The translations under genes were made by a program, and so were the position numbers. From Escherichia phage AV123: a DNA stretch of 64,000 nucleotides. Below are positions 47,247-55,531 of the stretch, piece by piece (position 1 is the first letter of the stretch; every line of letters begins with the position of its first letter). Under the pieces are notes generated by a model, which saw only the letters and a program-made list of their open reading frames with translations, had not been told where the DNA came from and made no database searches. The DNA lies in sequence record OR352953.1; one strand, 5' to 3'.

Positions 47247-47529
47247 ATGAGCAAGGTAATTAATCATAAAGAGTTAAACCCTACCCTTTCAATGAGTGAA
47301 TGTACCGATGGTTTTTGGCTGTATGATGATACGCGCGGTATGAATTTAGCCATGCGTGAAAAAAACAGAAGAGGCGGCGTATATTAAAGCCCTGGGCTAC
47401 TATCAGGAGCGATTAAAGGAAGTAGAAAACAATTATAATAACCTAAAAGCAAAAGTAGATCACTTTATCAGCCAGGTAGCTCATGACGACGATGATCACT
47501 ACTGCGAACAATGTGGATCATATAGTTAA
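47247..47529 (+). pseudogene. ORF interrupted at an A7 run (possible +1 frameshift or sequencing error)
   Basis: Frame from ATG 47247 stops at 47385-47387; downstream frame is open to 47527-47529 and reads as a coiled-coil continuation; A7 run at 47359-47365. Confidence 0.35.
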
Positions 47530-47547
47530 AATTATCTAAAAATATTC

Positions 47548-47607
47548 TTGACAACGTTTTTTAATCTGATAAGATGTAACAAATAAGGCGGGAAGTGGTT
47601 TCCCACC
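47548..47607 (+). promoter_or_regulatory. Sigma70-like promoter plus leader hairpin (PeSL-like cassette)
   Basis: TTGACA 47548-47553, -10 TAAGAT, hairpin GGCGGGAAGTGGTTTCCCACC 47587-47607, then RBS and ATG 47633. Confidence 0.55.
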
Positions 47608-47632
47608 AGGCAATCAAAGAAAGGGTAACACA

Positions 47633-47995
47633 ATGAGCAAGCAAATCAATACTATCATGTTAAACCTGGTATCTTTCCGCGATGACGTGAAAAACCTTCC
47701 GCGTGATGCAGTGGATGCACGGATCGAAAGCTATCGCACACAGATCGCAACATTACCGTTAAAACGTGATCAACATGCCGCTAATATGATGCTTGATGCT
47801 ATGATTAAAAAGATGATTCAGTGTGATATTACCCTGGCTTATGAATATGCTGGCGATCTATTTGTAACATACAATAAACCCGTTCCAGGTATGAGCACAA
47901 CCGAAGAATTGCATGCCTTAAATCTGAGACAAGATGCATGGGATAACATGCGCCGTGTTATGGTATGGGTAGAAAGCGGCAAAATTTACGCGTAA
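47633..47995 (+). CDS. Hypothetical protein
   Basis: AAAGAAAGGG RBS after cassette. Confidence 0.55.
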   Translation: MSKQINTIMLNLVSFRDDVKNLPRDAVDARIESYRTQIATLPLKRDQHAANMMLDAMIKKMIQCDITLAYEYAGDLFVTYNKPVPGMSTTEELHALNLRQDAWDNMRRVMVWVESGKIYA

Positions 47996-47998
47996 AGA

Positions 47999-48051
47999 TT
48001 GACATTGCACTAAAACCTGATAAGCTATCTTAAAGCGGGAACTATTCCCGC
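47999..48051 (+). promoter_or_regulatory. Promoter plus leader hairpin
   Basis: TTGACA 47999-48004; hairpin GCGGGAACTATTCCCGC 48035-48051. Confidence 0.5.
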
Positions 48052-48070
48052 TTACATAGGATAAAACTTT

Positions 48071-48217
48071 ATGAAACAATATGTAATGAGTATTCACACC
48101 AAAAACGGCGCTACTGTTACGACTCCGGCACGGTTTGCACTTGTAAACCGTTGCAAAAGACTAAAACGAGAGCTAAAAAACAACCGTGCAACGGGCTTTA
48201 AACGCTGGGGAGGATAA
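48071..48217 (+). CDS. Small basic ORF (48 aa), not in track
   Basis: ATG 48071 after hairpin; stop 48215-48217. Confidence 0.3.
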   Translation: MKQYVMSIHTKNGATVTTPARFALVNRCKRLKRELKNNRATGFKRWGG

Positions 48218-48219
48218 TC

Positions 48220-48480
48220 TTGTTTTTTCTAAAAGTTTTTGATAATGTGATCGCTTTTGAACATGCTACAACGTTCGACCTGGCGAGATACGCTATCAGG
48301 TTTAAAGATAATGTTTATCCCCGTGCTGGCGGCGGTTACACTATTTTTAATCATCGCAACGCGCAACTAACTGATATAACTAATCCAGATCCTGGAGTGT
48401 ATCGGATAGGCTGGCTACCGTCAAAAGATGCGGCAAGCATGTTTAAGGTATGTAAACTACTAACAGAAGAGGCGAACTAA
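48220..48480 (+). CDS. Hypothetical protein
   Basis: TTG start 8 nt after GGGAGG. Confidence 0.45.
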   Translation: MFFLKVFDNVIAFEHATTFDLARYAIRFKDNVYPRAGGGYTIFNHRNAQLTDITNPDPGVYRIGWLPSKDAASMFKVCKLLTEEAN

Positions 48481-48481
48481 C

Positions 48482-49036
48482 ATGGGGCGTGAATATGTGA
48501 TCCAGTCCTGGGTAAAGCATGATGCTAATGATCCGCGCATAATACCAGATGACATGATCGATCACATGGTAGGGTATAGCGGGGAGCAGATAGGAAATCG
48601 AGCGGCAAAGAGCAACGGCAACACCAGGACGCGATCCGTTCGCCCTGGATGGCTGGCAAATGGTAACGCTGACATTGCAAGCGCCGCAGATCCAAGCGAT
48701 GACGCTAAAAATAATCCCTTATACAGTATTGATCCGGCTTTTAAGGTGTTGGAAGAGTATCCCGCTAAATTAGCCGCACTAGATAAAGCATACGAAGAAA
48801 AACGGGTGGCATGGACTGTATACAACACCGCTAAAATGGTGCTAGATGCAAAATTGATTAAAGCCCAGGAGAAGATCAATAAACTTGTTACCATAGCGCG
48901 AGAGGAAGACCAGGACGACCAGGAGGAAGAGGAAGAAATCATGCCTAACCTGGAAGAGGAAGAGATCCAGCCATACACGCCGACAGAAGAGGAAAAAATA
49001 CAAGCCTTAAAAAATTATAAAAATTGTATTGTGTAA
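48482..49036 (+). CDS. Hypothetical protein with acidic E-rich C-terminal region
   Basis: Coupled to upstream (TAACATG). Confidence 0.5.
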   Translation: MGREYVIQSWVKHDANDPRIIPDDMIDHMVGYSGEQIGNRAAKSNGNTRTRSVRPGWLANGNADIASAADPSDDAKNNPLYSIDPAFKVLEEYPAKLAALDKAYEEKRVAWTVYNTAKMVLDAKLIKAQEKINKLVTIAREEDQDDQEEEEEIMPNLEEEEIQPYTPTEEEKIQALKNYKNCIV

Positions 49037-49039
49037 GGC

Positions 49040-49095
49040 TTGACATATGCAAACAAGCCCCGTAATATGTACCACATAAAGCGGGGCAACGCCCC
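49040..49095 (+). promoter_or_regulatory. Promoter plus leader hairpin
   Basis: TTGACA 49040-49045, 17-bp spacer, TAATAT 49063-49068, hairpin GCGGGGCAACGCCCC 49081-49095. Confidence 0.55.
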
Positions 49096-49117
49096 ATAAG
49101 GTGAAATAAAAAATCAC

Positions 49118-49145
49118 TTGACACCTGAAATCAGTAAGCTATAAT
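49118..49145 (+). promoter_or_regulatory. Consensus sigma70-like promoter
   Basis: TTGACA 49118-49123, 16-bp spacer, TATAAT 49140-49145. Confidence 0.6.
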
Positions 49146-49182
49146 GCTTATATAGATTGAAACATTACTAAGGAATAAAAGC

Positions 49183-49362
49183 ATGGCTATTATTGCAAAG
49201 ACTGAGATCGTAGGTTTAGATTCTATCATCCTGGCATATGAGGAAGCTATAGAAATGTATGTGGTTTCCTATGGTGATTATATCCGTGAATATAAATCTA
49301 TTGATCTAGCTTTTGAATGCTATATTCGCCAGGTCAATAAAGCATATGATGATTATCGTTAA
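49183..49362 (+). CDS. Small ORF (59 aa), not in track
   Basis: AAGGAA RBS; sits behind two tandem promoters. Confidence 0.4.
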   Translation: MAIIAKTEIVGLDSIILAYEEAIEMYVVSYGDYIREYKSIDLAFECYIRQVNKAYDDYR

Positions 49363-49381
49363 AAGTTTTAGTCTTGTGCTA

Positions 49382-49411
49382 TTGACAACGAACGATAGTA
49401 CAAGCATAATA
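49382..49411 (+). promoter_or_regulatory. Sigma70-like promoter
   Basis: TTGACA 49382-49387 and CATAAT about 17 bp downstream. Confidence 0.45.
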
Positions 49412-49457
49412 ACTTTTATCGGGAATACTCCTAACTAATCAAAAGAGATTAAAGACT

Positions 49458-49823
49458 ATGGCTAAAAATATCAATGTTTCTGCTTATGCTACCCTGGCTA
49501 ACACTGCTAAAATTGAACTATCCAGCATTGAAGCGGTACATATTAGCGCCCGTCGCTGGTTTCAAAAGTCTTATGGTAATACTTATTTCTCTTTGATGGT
49601 TGACGTTGAGATCGGCGGTAAACTGATTGAAGTCGTTAACGTTCCGTTTCAATATGGTTATGGTGATCATTTTGATACCGTTGCCCTAGAAGAGTTTAGC
49701 AAGGTTATCAACCTGGAAGGTAAAGAGTTTTCAAATTATGCATACCTTTCCCGTTTTTGCCGTGATAATGGGATCGCTGTATACAGTCATGCAAGCGATG
49801 TTAAACGTAAAAAAGATTTATAA
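49458..49823 (+). CDS. Hypothetical protein
   Basis: AAGAGA RBS. Confidence 0.5.
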   Translation: MAKNINVSAYATLANTAKIELSSIEAVHISARRWFQKSYGNTYFSLMVDVEIGGKLIEVVNVPFQYGYGDHFDTVALEEFSKVINLEGKEFSNYAYLSRFCRDNGIAVYSHASDVKRKKDL

Positions 49824-49829
49824 AAAGCA

Positions 49830-49887
49830 TTGACAGCACGAATAAAAAGCATATAATACTTATATCGAGAGCGGGAATAGTTCCCGC
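49830..49887 (+). promoter_or_regulatory. Promoter plus leader hairpin
   Basis: TTGACA 49830-49835, TATAAT 49852-49857, hairpin GCGGGAATAGTTCCCGC 49871-49887. Confidence 0.6.
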
Positions 49888-49911
49888 CTCACTGAAAAAG
49901 AGATTAACATC

Positions 49912-50151
49912 ATGGCTAAATCTAAAATGTTCTTAGGTCACAAAAACAAAACTCATTGGAATGTAAGCCTTTGGATCAACAACGATGAAGGTTTTTATAA
50001 TCTTGCGCGTGAATTTATCGCAGCTAACACCAATAAGAATGACGCAGCGCGGGATATGATGTTATTTCTTGAAAGTATGGATCAAGATAAAACGCCAGAC
50101 GGATTCAAGTTCAGTAAAACCGCGATCCGTGCCGCTATGGTTGGAATGTAA
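49912..50151 (+). CDS. Hypothetical protein
   Basis: AAAGAG leader. Confidence 0.5.
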   Translation: MAKSKMFLGHKNKTHWNVSLWINNDEGFYNLAREFIAANTNKNDAARDMMLFLESMDQDKTPDGFKFSKTAIRAAMVGM

Positions 50152-50246
50152 AGGAGGTATAAAAATGAAACATCGTTCGACCTATCTCACAAAACGTTTT
50201 AGCTTAGATCATAAGTTAGGCTATTACGGAAGAAATAGAAAATAAT

Positions 50247-50306
50247 TTGACACTGTTTAAAATTCTGGTATAGTTTATCACATAGGGCGGGAAATGGTTT
50301 CCCGCC
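50247..50306 (+). promoter_or_regulatory. Promoter plus leader hairpin
   Basis: TTGACA 50247-50252, TATAGT, hairpin GGCGGGAAATGGTTTCCCGCC 50286-50306 (9-bp stem, 3-nt loop). Confidence 0.6.
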
Positions 50307-50328
50307 AAATCAAAGAAAGGTTATCATT

Positions 50329-50556
50329 ATGGCTATCGTTATTGTTCGCGTATCCGGTACGGTTGGAAGCTCCCAGGTAGTAGCAGTTATCACAGAGAAG
50401 AAAGGGGATGATCTTCACTCCTCCTTGAATAGCTGGGCGGTCGCTAACTTTGGGCAATGGTCGAGCGTTGAGTACATCGAATCCTACCAGGTGCCAACGA
50501 TTAGCCTAACCGATCTAAATGTTGATCGCTTGTTGTGCCTGGATCAATTAAACTAA
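50329..50556 (+). CDS. Hypothetical protein
   Basis: AAAGAAAGG leader. Confidence 0.5.
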   Translation: MAIVIVRVSGTVGSSQVVAVITEKKGDDLHSSLNSWAVANFGQWSSVEYIESYQVPTISLTDLNVDRLLCLDQLN

Positions 50557-50564
50557 AAATAATA

Positions 50565-50620
50565 TTGACAAGATAACTAAAATCAGTAAAATGTAATGCA
50601 TAGGGCGGCAATAGTGCCGC
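50565..50620 (+). promoter_or_regulatory. Promoter plus leader hairpin
   Basis: TTGACA 50565-50570, TAAAAT, hairpin GCGGCAATAGTGCCGC. Confidence 0.5.
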
Positions 50621-50643
50621 TCCTAGTGAGAGAGATTATCAAG

Positions 50644-50859
50644 ATGGCTAATATCCGCACACTGTTAAAAAATGCAAGTCAAGTTTTATTTTCAGATGAC
50701 GAGTATTTCAACAAAGACATTACAGGCGTGAAAAATTTAAAAGACGTGAAGGATGTTATCGGTATCCGTGGATCTTTACGTAAAGGTGACATATACGGTA
50801 ACAAGGTGCAATATAAACTGTCAAAAGATTATGATTTTACTTTGACATTTATTTCATAA
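50644..50859 (+). CDS. Hypothetical protein
   Basis: Start at MANIRT after leader; track start is an upstream extension through the hairpin. Confidence 0.5.
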   Translation: MANIRTLLKNASQVLFSDDEYFNKDITGVKNLKDVKDVIGIRGSLRKGDIYGNKVQYKLSKDYDFTLTFIS

Positions 50860-50865
50860 AACCGC

Positions 50866-50926
50866 TTGCAATACTGCAAAAATAAAGTAAACTGTATTCA
50901 TCAAGGCGGTGGAATAGCCCACCGCC
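50866..50926 (+). promoter_or_regulatory. Promoter plus leader hairpin
   Basis: TTGCAA, TAAACT, hairpin GGCGGTGG-AATAGC-CCACCGCC 50905-50926. Confidence 0.45.
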
Positions 50927-50949
50927 TAACAAAGAGAAGAGGAAACATC

Positions 50950-51120
50950 ATGATCACTTTCGCTACCCGTGAAGCCGCTCGCAACGTTGCACGTAAAGTT
51001 AACGCCGCCAACCTGGGCGCTACGCTTAAAGCCCCGGTAAAAGATGAATCAGGTAAATGGATCTTCCCTGGTCTGCGTCACGCTGATAAGCTGGGAACGT
51101 TAACGCTAAAAAATAAATAA
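50950..51120 (+). CDS. Small hypothetical protein (56 aa)
   Basis: AGAGAAGAGGAAA leader then ATG 50950. Confidence 0.45.
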   Translation: MITFATREAARNVARKVNAANLGATLKAPVKDESGKWIFPGLRHADKLGTLTLKNK

Positions 51121-51127
51121 AATCCGC

Positions 51128-51186
51128 TTGACAGTAGCATCATTTATAAGTAAAGTAACAACAACGGCGGGAAATGGTTTCCCGCC
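51128..51186 (+). promoter_or_regulatory. Promoter plus leader hairpin
   Basis: TTGACA 51128-51133, TAAAGT, hairpin GGCGGGAAATGGTTTCCCGCC 51166-51186. Confidence 0.6.
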
Positions 51187-51206
51187 ATCAATAAAGAGAT
51201 AAGATC

Positions 51207-51566
51207 ATGAAATCAGTAAAAGCAATTAAAACTTACATTGTGTCGGCTATTTCTTTTGATGGTACTACAACCGAAAAAGAAAAGATCACCGAACTGATGC
51301 GCCGTTTTAACTCTGAATACTGGTATCCCGATAATCAAAAACGTTACAATTATAACGTGATCAAGGCGATAGCCTCATGGTTACAAGGTTTACCGTCAGA
51401 CATTAACATCGCCTTTGATTATAACGAGATTGATCATTTATTAATTGAATGGAAGTACATAAAAGAAACAAGCAAAGAAACAACCGTTACCCGTGAGCGG
51501 GAAAATTATTGGTTATATATTGCAAGCATGATCGTAATCCTGGCAAAACAGCATAACGTGGCGTAA
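51207..51566 (+). CDS. Hypothetical protein
   Basis: AAAGAGA leader. Confidence 0.5.
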   Translation: MKSVKAIKTYIVSAISFDGTTTEKEKITELMRRFNSEYWYPDNQKRYNYNVIKAIASWLQGLPSDINIAFDYNEIDHLLIEWKYIKETSKETTVTRERENYWLYIASMIVILAKQHNVA

Positions 51567-51581
51567 TTAAGAGGAAGAAAC

Positions 51582-51719
51582 ATGAACGCATCACAGCAGA
51601 TCGAAAAATTCAACCGCAGCAAGGCGCGTAAAGATTGGAACGAAGAGATCACCAAAAAAGGCGACAAGCGGAACAAAACAAAGAGAGATCGCAGCACAAA
51701 AAGATACTGGAACGAATAA
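51582..51719 (+). CDS. Small highly basic ORF (45 aa), not in track
   Basis: GAGGAAGAAA RBS; K/R-rich product; terminator follows. Confidence 0.35.
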   Translation: MNASQQIEKFNRSKARKDWNEEITKKGDKRNKTKRDRSTKRYWNE

Positions 51720-51723
51720 CAAA

Positions 51724-51747
51724 AAAGGGCGCAATAAGCGCCCTTTT
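51724..51747 (+). terminator. Hairpin terminator
   Basis: AAGGGCGCAATAAGCGCCCTTTT. Confidence 0.65.
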
Positions 51748-51838
51748 AGCTTATATAGAGGCTTGTTACCCATAGGCAATGGTAACGCCAGGATAAGCCT
51801 ATAAATCAACGTTAGACGGCTTTACAGGAGCTTTAAAA

Positions 51839-52021
51839 ATGAAATTAGACGAAATAAGCAAGGCACTAGCCCAGGGGCAAAGGTTATGCGCCCGATATCG
51901 TGATCAATATGGCTTCATAACTAGCGGCGTGATCCTGGGGATTGAAGGCAATAAGATTTTTATTGACACGTTGAAAAACGTTGTATATAGTGACAATATA
52001 ATCTCAATAAAACATATATGA
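51839..52021 (+). CDS. Hypothetical protein
   Basis: AGGAG RBS. Confidence 0.45.
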   Translation: MKLDEISKALAQGQRLCARYRDQYGFITSGVILGIEGNKIFIDTLKNVVYSDNIISIKHI

Positions 52022-52029
52022 GGCAAGAA

Positions 52030-52431
52030 ATGAAAAAATTATTGATCGCTGGTTTAATCTCTTTTGGCATGGTTGGAACATCTAGCGCGGCGATATCCTC
52101 CACAGTAGCAGAATTAAGCGCCGTTGATGCAATGGAAAACGTCATGCTTATTAATAATGCGATCCCCGATGAAATCATGGAGGATTCACACATGATCGCT
52201 TATGGTGCTGTTACACAACTAACGGCAAAAATAGATAAATCTATTGTTAACGGCTTAAATGAAGATGTGCCATGTGAAATTATTACCAGTGTGCTGACTA
52301 CTCAAAATTTTACGCCGTGGTTAAAAAGTATTCAAAAAGTACACAGTACAGCCGCAGATCGTAGCAATGAAAAACTAGTGTCAGCACTTGCAACGTATAC
52401 CCTAGCAAAATGCACCGAGATAAAAGATTGA
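52030..52431 (+). CDS. Secreted hypothetical protein
   Basis: Start at MKKLLIAG with GAGG RBS; signal peptide ending SSAAIS. Confidence 0.5.
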   Translation: MKKLLIAGLISFGMVGTSSAAISSTVAELSAVDAMENVMLINNAIPDEIMEDSHMIAYGAVTQLTAKIDKSIVNGLNEDVPCEIITSVLTTQNFTPWLKSIQKVHSTAADRSNEKLVSALATYTLAKCTEIKD

Positions 52432-52456
52432 CAACATAGAAAGCACGTTATAAGAT
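52428..52456 (+). promoter_or_regulatory. Sigma70-like promoter
   Basis: TTGACA 52428-52433, 17-bp spacer, TAAGAT 52451-52456. Confidence 0.5.
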
Positions 52457-52478
52457 ACACACAACAAAGGAGAACTAC

Positions 52479-52781
52479 ATGAACGGCATAGCTAAAACGT
52501 TTTTTCTTTTTTCTGGTGTAAATGATCCATCAATAAAAGTCGATAGTGTAAAAGAAAACAATACTATCACCGCTAAATTGTTTCAAGATGAAACAAATAA
52601 CGTGCTAATCATTAATCTTAAAGAAATAACGAAAGGTTATTATACTATTGCTTACCATGCAATCTATCGTGCTGGTACTAGTGAGGAAGTGCAAACAAGC
52701 AACAACGAAAGCGCGGCACTACCTGGTGATCTGGTGCTGGGCGTTATCAGTTTAATTGTCAATGATTTTTTTAAGGAGTAA
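52479..52781 (+). CDS. Hypothetical protein
   Basis: AAAGGAGAA RBS. Confidence 0.5.
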   Translation: MNGIAKTFFLFSGVNDPSIKVDSVKENNTITAKLFQDETNNVLIINLKEITKGYYTIAYHAIYRAGTSEEVQTSNNESAALPGDLVLGVISLIVNDFFKE

Positions 52782-52785
52782 AACC

Positions 52786-52881
52786 ATGCCCTATTTACAT
52801 TTATTTTTCGGTATCTTATTGACAGGATCTTTTTTCTTCTGTATGCTTGTTTCTATTGTAAACCACGTTTTAAGACATTAA
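52786..52881 (+). CDS. Hydrophobic micro-ORF (31 aa), tentative
   Basis: AAGGAG 7 nt upstream of ATG. Confidence 0.25.
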   Translation: MPYLHLFFGILLTGSFFFCMLVSIVNHVLRH

Positions 52882-52890
52882 GGAAACAGC

Positions 52891-53010
52891 ATGAAAATTA
52901 TTCCCGTACAATATAGCGTAATAAATCCAGCATACGAGGAAGGAAGGAAAACAAGCATGGCTTTATGTTGTATTGCTACTATAGCCATGTTGTTATACAT
53001 TGTGTTTTAA
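52891..53010 (+). CDS. Hydrophobic micro-ORF (39 aa), tentative
   Basis: AGGAAA RBS; C-terminal TM helix. Confidence 0.25.
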   Translation: MKIIPVQYSVINPAYEEGRKTSMALCCIATIAMLLYIVF

Positions 53011-53110
53011 TAGGTTTTATAGTTGTACGCTTTAAAGGCTTGACAATTTTTTGTTATGCTTTAAACTATATCTTGAAAACGGCAAAGGCCGCAAACAAAA
53101 GGGTAAAATT

Positions 53111-53434
53111 ATGAAATCTGTGATCGGTGTTTATTTGGATAACTCTGATTTTTTCTATCATCGCGCGCGTTTACTTGATGCTATTGAAATGATAGAATCA
53201 GGCTTTAAAGAGTATCGCCTTGCACATGATGACCTGGAAGCATTACAGGGCAATAGTGTTTTTACATTGCAAGCGAAAGCACTATGCAAAAGCCGGATCG
53301 AGATTGCAAGTAAAAAGATACAACGCGGCATGTCCTGGTTGCGCACCGCAGAAATCAACATGGGGCAATGGTACGGCGAAAACTTAGAAAATAAACGCAC
53401 TTTTGTAAATGTAGAAAATCTTAAAGATTATTGA
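53111..53434 (+). CDS. Hypothetical protein
   Basis: Start at MKSVIG; TTGACA at 53040-53045 upstream. Confidence 0.5.
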   Translation: MKSVIGVYLDNSDFFYHRARLLDAIEMIESGFKEYRLAHDDLEALQGNSVFTLQAKALCKSRIEIASKKIQRGMSWLRTAEINMGQWYGENLENKRTFVNVENLKDY

Positions 53435-53496
53435 TTGACAGCACACCTAACAGATAGTATATTGTATCTCATAGAGCGGGGAAATGGTTTCCCCGC
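53435..53496 (+). promoter_or_regulatory. Promoter plus leader hairpin
   Basis: TTGACA 53435-53440, TATATT, hairpin GCGGGGAAATGGTTTCCCCGC 53476-53496. Confidence 0.6.
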
Positions 53497-53516
53497 CTTA
53501 ACAGAAGAGATAAGCT

Positions 53517-53801
53517 ATGAAGATCACAAAAGCACTTTCCAACTATGCAGCACGTCGCGGATTATGTTTAACCGTTGAAAATTTAGGGAAAGAAGATTTT
53601 TTGTGCTTTTGGGAGCTTGAGAATGATAATGAGTGGATCTTCTCTTATTCTATCTGCGAAGATCAAAACGGTTGTTTATTAACCTGGCGCGGTAATATCT
53701 ATCTACCGGAAGAAATCAAAGAAGAATTACCAGGCACGATCATGACTGAGAAACAGCTTAAGGAAGTGATCAATTTTGTAGGGCAAAACATTAAAAAATA
53801 A
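53517..53801 (+). CDS. Hypothetical protein
   Basis: AGAAGAGA leader. Confidence 0.5.
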   Translation: MKITKALSNYAARRGLCLTVENLGKEDFLCFWELENDNEWIFSYSICEDQNGCLLTWRGNIYLPEEIKEELPGTIMTEKQLKEVINFVGQNIKK

Positions 53802-53802
53802 T

Positions 53803-53862
53803 TTGACACTAGGCAAACAACGTAGTAAAGTTTATCACATAGGGCGGGAAATGGTTTCCCGC
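53803..53862 (+). promoter_or_regulatory. Promoter plus leader hairpin
   Basis: TTGACA 53803-53808; hairpin GCGGGAAATGGTTTCCCGC 53844-53862. Confidence 0.55.
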
Positions 53863-53885
53863 TCACAACAGAAGAGAAACAAATC

Positions 53886-54056
53886 ATGATCCCAACTATG
53901 TTTTATGTATCGCGCAAAGGTCACAATATTTTTTGGTCTGAAGATTTAAATGAAGCCATGACGTTTGCCCGTGATCGTGTTGCTATCGGTGGCGTTAACA
54001 TTACTGTAACCGATGAAAACGGCATTGAATACTATAACGGCGACGATGAAGAGTAA
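53886..54056 (+). CDS. Small ORF (56 aa), not in track
   Basis: AGAAGAGAAA leader. Confidence 0.4.
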   Translation: MIPTMFYVSRKGHNIFWSEDLNEAMTFARDRVAIGGVNITVTDENGIEYYNGDDEE

Positions 54057-54063
54057 TTAATAA

Positions 54064-54084
54064 GGCGGGGGAGTATTCCCCGCC
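54064..54084 (+). promoter_or_regulatory. Intercistronic GC-rich hairpin without own -35/-10
   Basis: GGCGGGGGAGTATTCCCCGCC; no T-run after it. Confidence 0.4.
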
Positions 54085-54103
54085 GTCAATAAAGAGGTAA
54101 ATC

Positions 54104-54373
54104 ATGAAAATATCTTTGGACGTTGCAATCAAGGCCATTGAATCCGGTTACACCCTGGTAAAAGATGATAAGGCTAAAACCGTGCACCACGTTAACAAGG
54201 AAACAGGCGAAAGCATGATCACATATAAAACCGCCTATTTTCTCCAATCAGTAGCAGATCCGCGCGTACAACGCCAGGTTACGGCGGCTATTGCTAAAAA
54301 ATTATGTGCTTTACAGGGTACAAGTTTTAACGAGATCGCCCCGTGTTTTGACTGGTCGAGCTTGAAAAAATAG
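54104..54373 (+). CDS. Hypothetical protein
   Basis: AAAGAGG leader. Confidence 0.5.
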   Translation: MKISLDVAIKAIESGYTLVKDDKAKTVHHVNKETGESMITYKTAYFLQSVADPRVQRQVTAAIAKKLCALQGTSFNEIAPCFDWSSLKK

Positions 54374-54374
54374 T

Positions 54375-54430
54375 TTGACAACAATTATAAATCGGGTAGA
54401 ATGTATTTCGTAGGGCGGCAATAGTGCCGC
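54375..54430 (+). promoter_or_regulatory. Promoter plus leader hairpin
   Basis: TTGACA 54375-54380, TAGAAT, hairpin GCGGCAATAGTGCCGC 54415-54430. Confidence 0.55.
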
Positions 54431-54453
54431 TCACAACTAAAAGAGAAATCAGC

Positions 54454-54648
54454 ATGGCGCTTAAAAAACTAACAAGCAATACTCGTTGGGATGAAATCGA
54501 CGGAGAAGTTTACATTTTCGCCCGTAAACCAGGTGATCAAAAATGGTCTAAGGCTTTTACTTGCCACCCTGCAACAATAGACCTGATAAAAAGGGAAGGT
54601 TTACGTGAAGCGGTAGCAAGAAGTTTACTGATCCCTTATAAAAAATAG
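54454..54648 (+). CDS. Hypothetical protein
   Basis: Start at MALKKL after leader. Confidence 0.5.
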   Translation: MALKKLTSNTRWDEIDGEVYIFARKPGDQKWSKAFTCHPATIDLIKREGLREAVARSLLIPYKK

Positions 54649-54713
54649 TTTGACAATACGCGGTTATCTGGTAAAGTGTACGACATAGGGCGGGGCAATA
54701 AGGCAACGCCCAT
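54649..54713 (+). promoter_or_regulatory. Promoter plus degenerate leader hairpin
   Basis: TTGACA 54649-54654; GGGCG...CGCCC stem. Confidence 0.4.
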
Positions 54714-54729
54714 TAATGAGGGTAGAATC

Positions 54730-54834
54730 ATGTTAGAGAAAATTTTCACGGTTGTAATAGTTGGCCTGGCGTTATCGGTTGGATTGGTTGCAACTATGGC
54801 TAACATGATCCTATCTTCCCACGGTATTGGATAA
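54730..54834 (+). CDS. Hydrophobic micro-ORF (34 aa), tentative
   Basis: GAGGG leader; single TM helix. Confidence 0.3.
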   Translation: MLEKIFTVVIVGLALSVGLVATMANMILSSHGIG

Positions 54835-54844
54835 GGTGAATCAA

Positions 54845-55060
54845 ATGATCACGAATAAGACAGGTAAAACAGAATTTTTACGCGGCTTGCAAATAGGTAA
54901 ACCTGAGATCTGGCATTGCACTAAATCCGCGCATAATGAAATGAAAGATTTTACCGCTACTTTACAACGTGTTAAAATATCTATCACGCAGAAAAAAGCC
55001 TTGTTAGTAGTAGAAAACGAGATACCGCAAACCATTATTATTGTCGAGCGTACAGCATGA
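54845..55060 (+). CDS. Hypothetical protein
   Basis: AAGGTGA RBS before ATG 54845. Confidence 0.45.
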   Translation: MITNKTGKTEFLRGLQIGKPEIWHCTKSAHNEMKDFTATLQRVKISITQKKALLVVENEIPQTIIIVERTA

Positions 55061-55443
55061 AAACTGAAATCATTATTGAAATCATCAACGGTTATAAAGA
55101 AGCCTTTATTTTTGCTGAATCAGCCAGGGATCATGAAGGCTATTTTATTGATAACTTAGACGATTATGATTTTTCAGATCAAGCCCATCAGCGGATCATT
55201 CATGACGTAGCGGCTTATTGTGATGCCAATGATGCTGCTATCTCTGAGGCAATGAGCGACGGCGCTACAGCAAACCAGATCGGGAATGATTTACATTTTA
55301 CCCGTAACGGTCACGGCGTAGGCTTTTGGGATCGCCCTGAAATATACACTACTAACACCGCCAACCGCCTAACAAATGCAGCTAAATTAATGCCATCGGT
55401 GCATGCTTACATTGGTGAAGATAATTTGATTTATATTGAATAA
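55057..55443 (+). CDS. Hypothetical acidic protein
   Basis: ATGA coupling. Confidence 0.5.
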   Translation: MKTEIIIEIINGYKEAFIFAESARDHEGYFIDNLDDYDFSDQAHQRIIHDVAAYCDANDAAISEAMSDGATANQIGNDLHFTRNGHGVGFWDRPEIYTTNTANRLTNAAKLMPSVHAYIGEDNLIYIE

Positions 55444-55449
55444 AAAGTA

Positions 55450-55508
55450 TTGACACCGATCCCCAATATGTTATTATTTACCACGTAGGCGGGAAATGGT
55501 TTCCCGCC
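55450..55508 (+). promoter_or_regulatory. Promoter plus leader hairpin
   Basis: TTGACA 55450-55455; hairpin GGCGGGAAATGGTTTCCCGCC 55488-55508. Confidence 0.6.
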
Positions 55509-55531
55509 AGGTAATCAAAAAGGTAAATACT

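Noticed and set aside
48562-48978. 138-aa - strand ORF
   Set aside because: Entirely antisense to the 48482..49036 gene; open only because of the GC-rich, stop-poor composition of the island.
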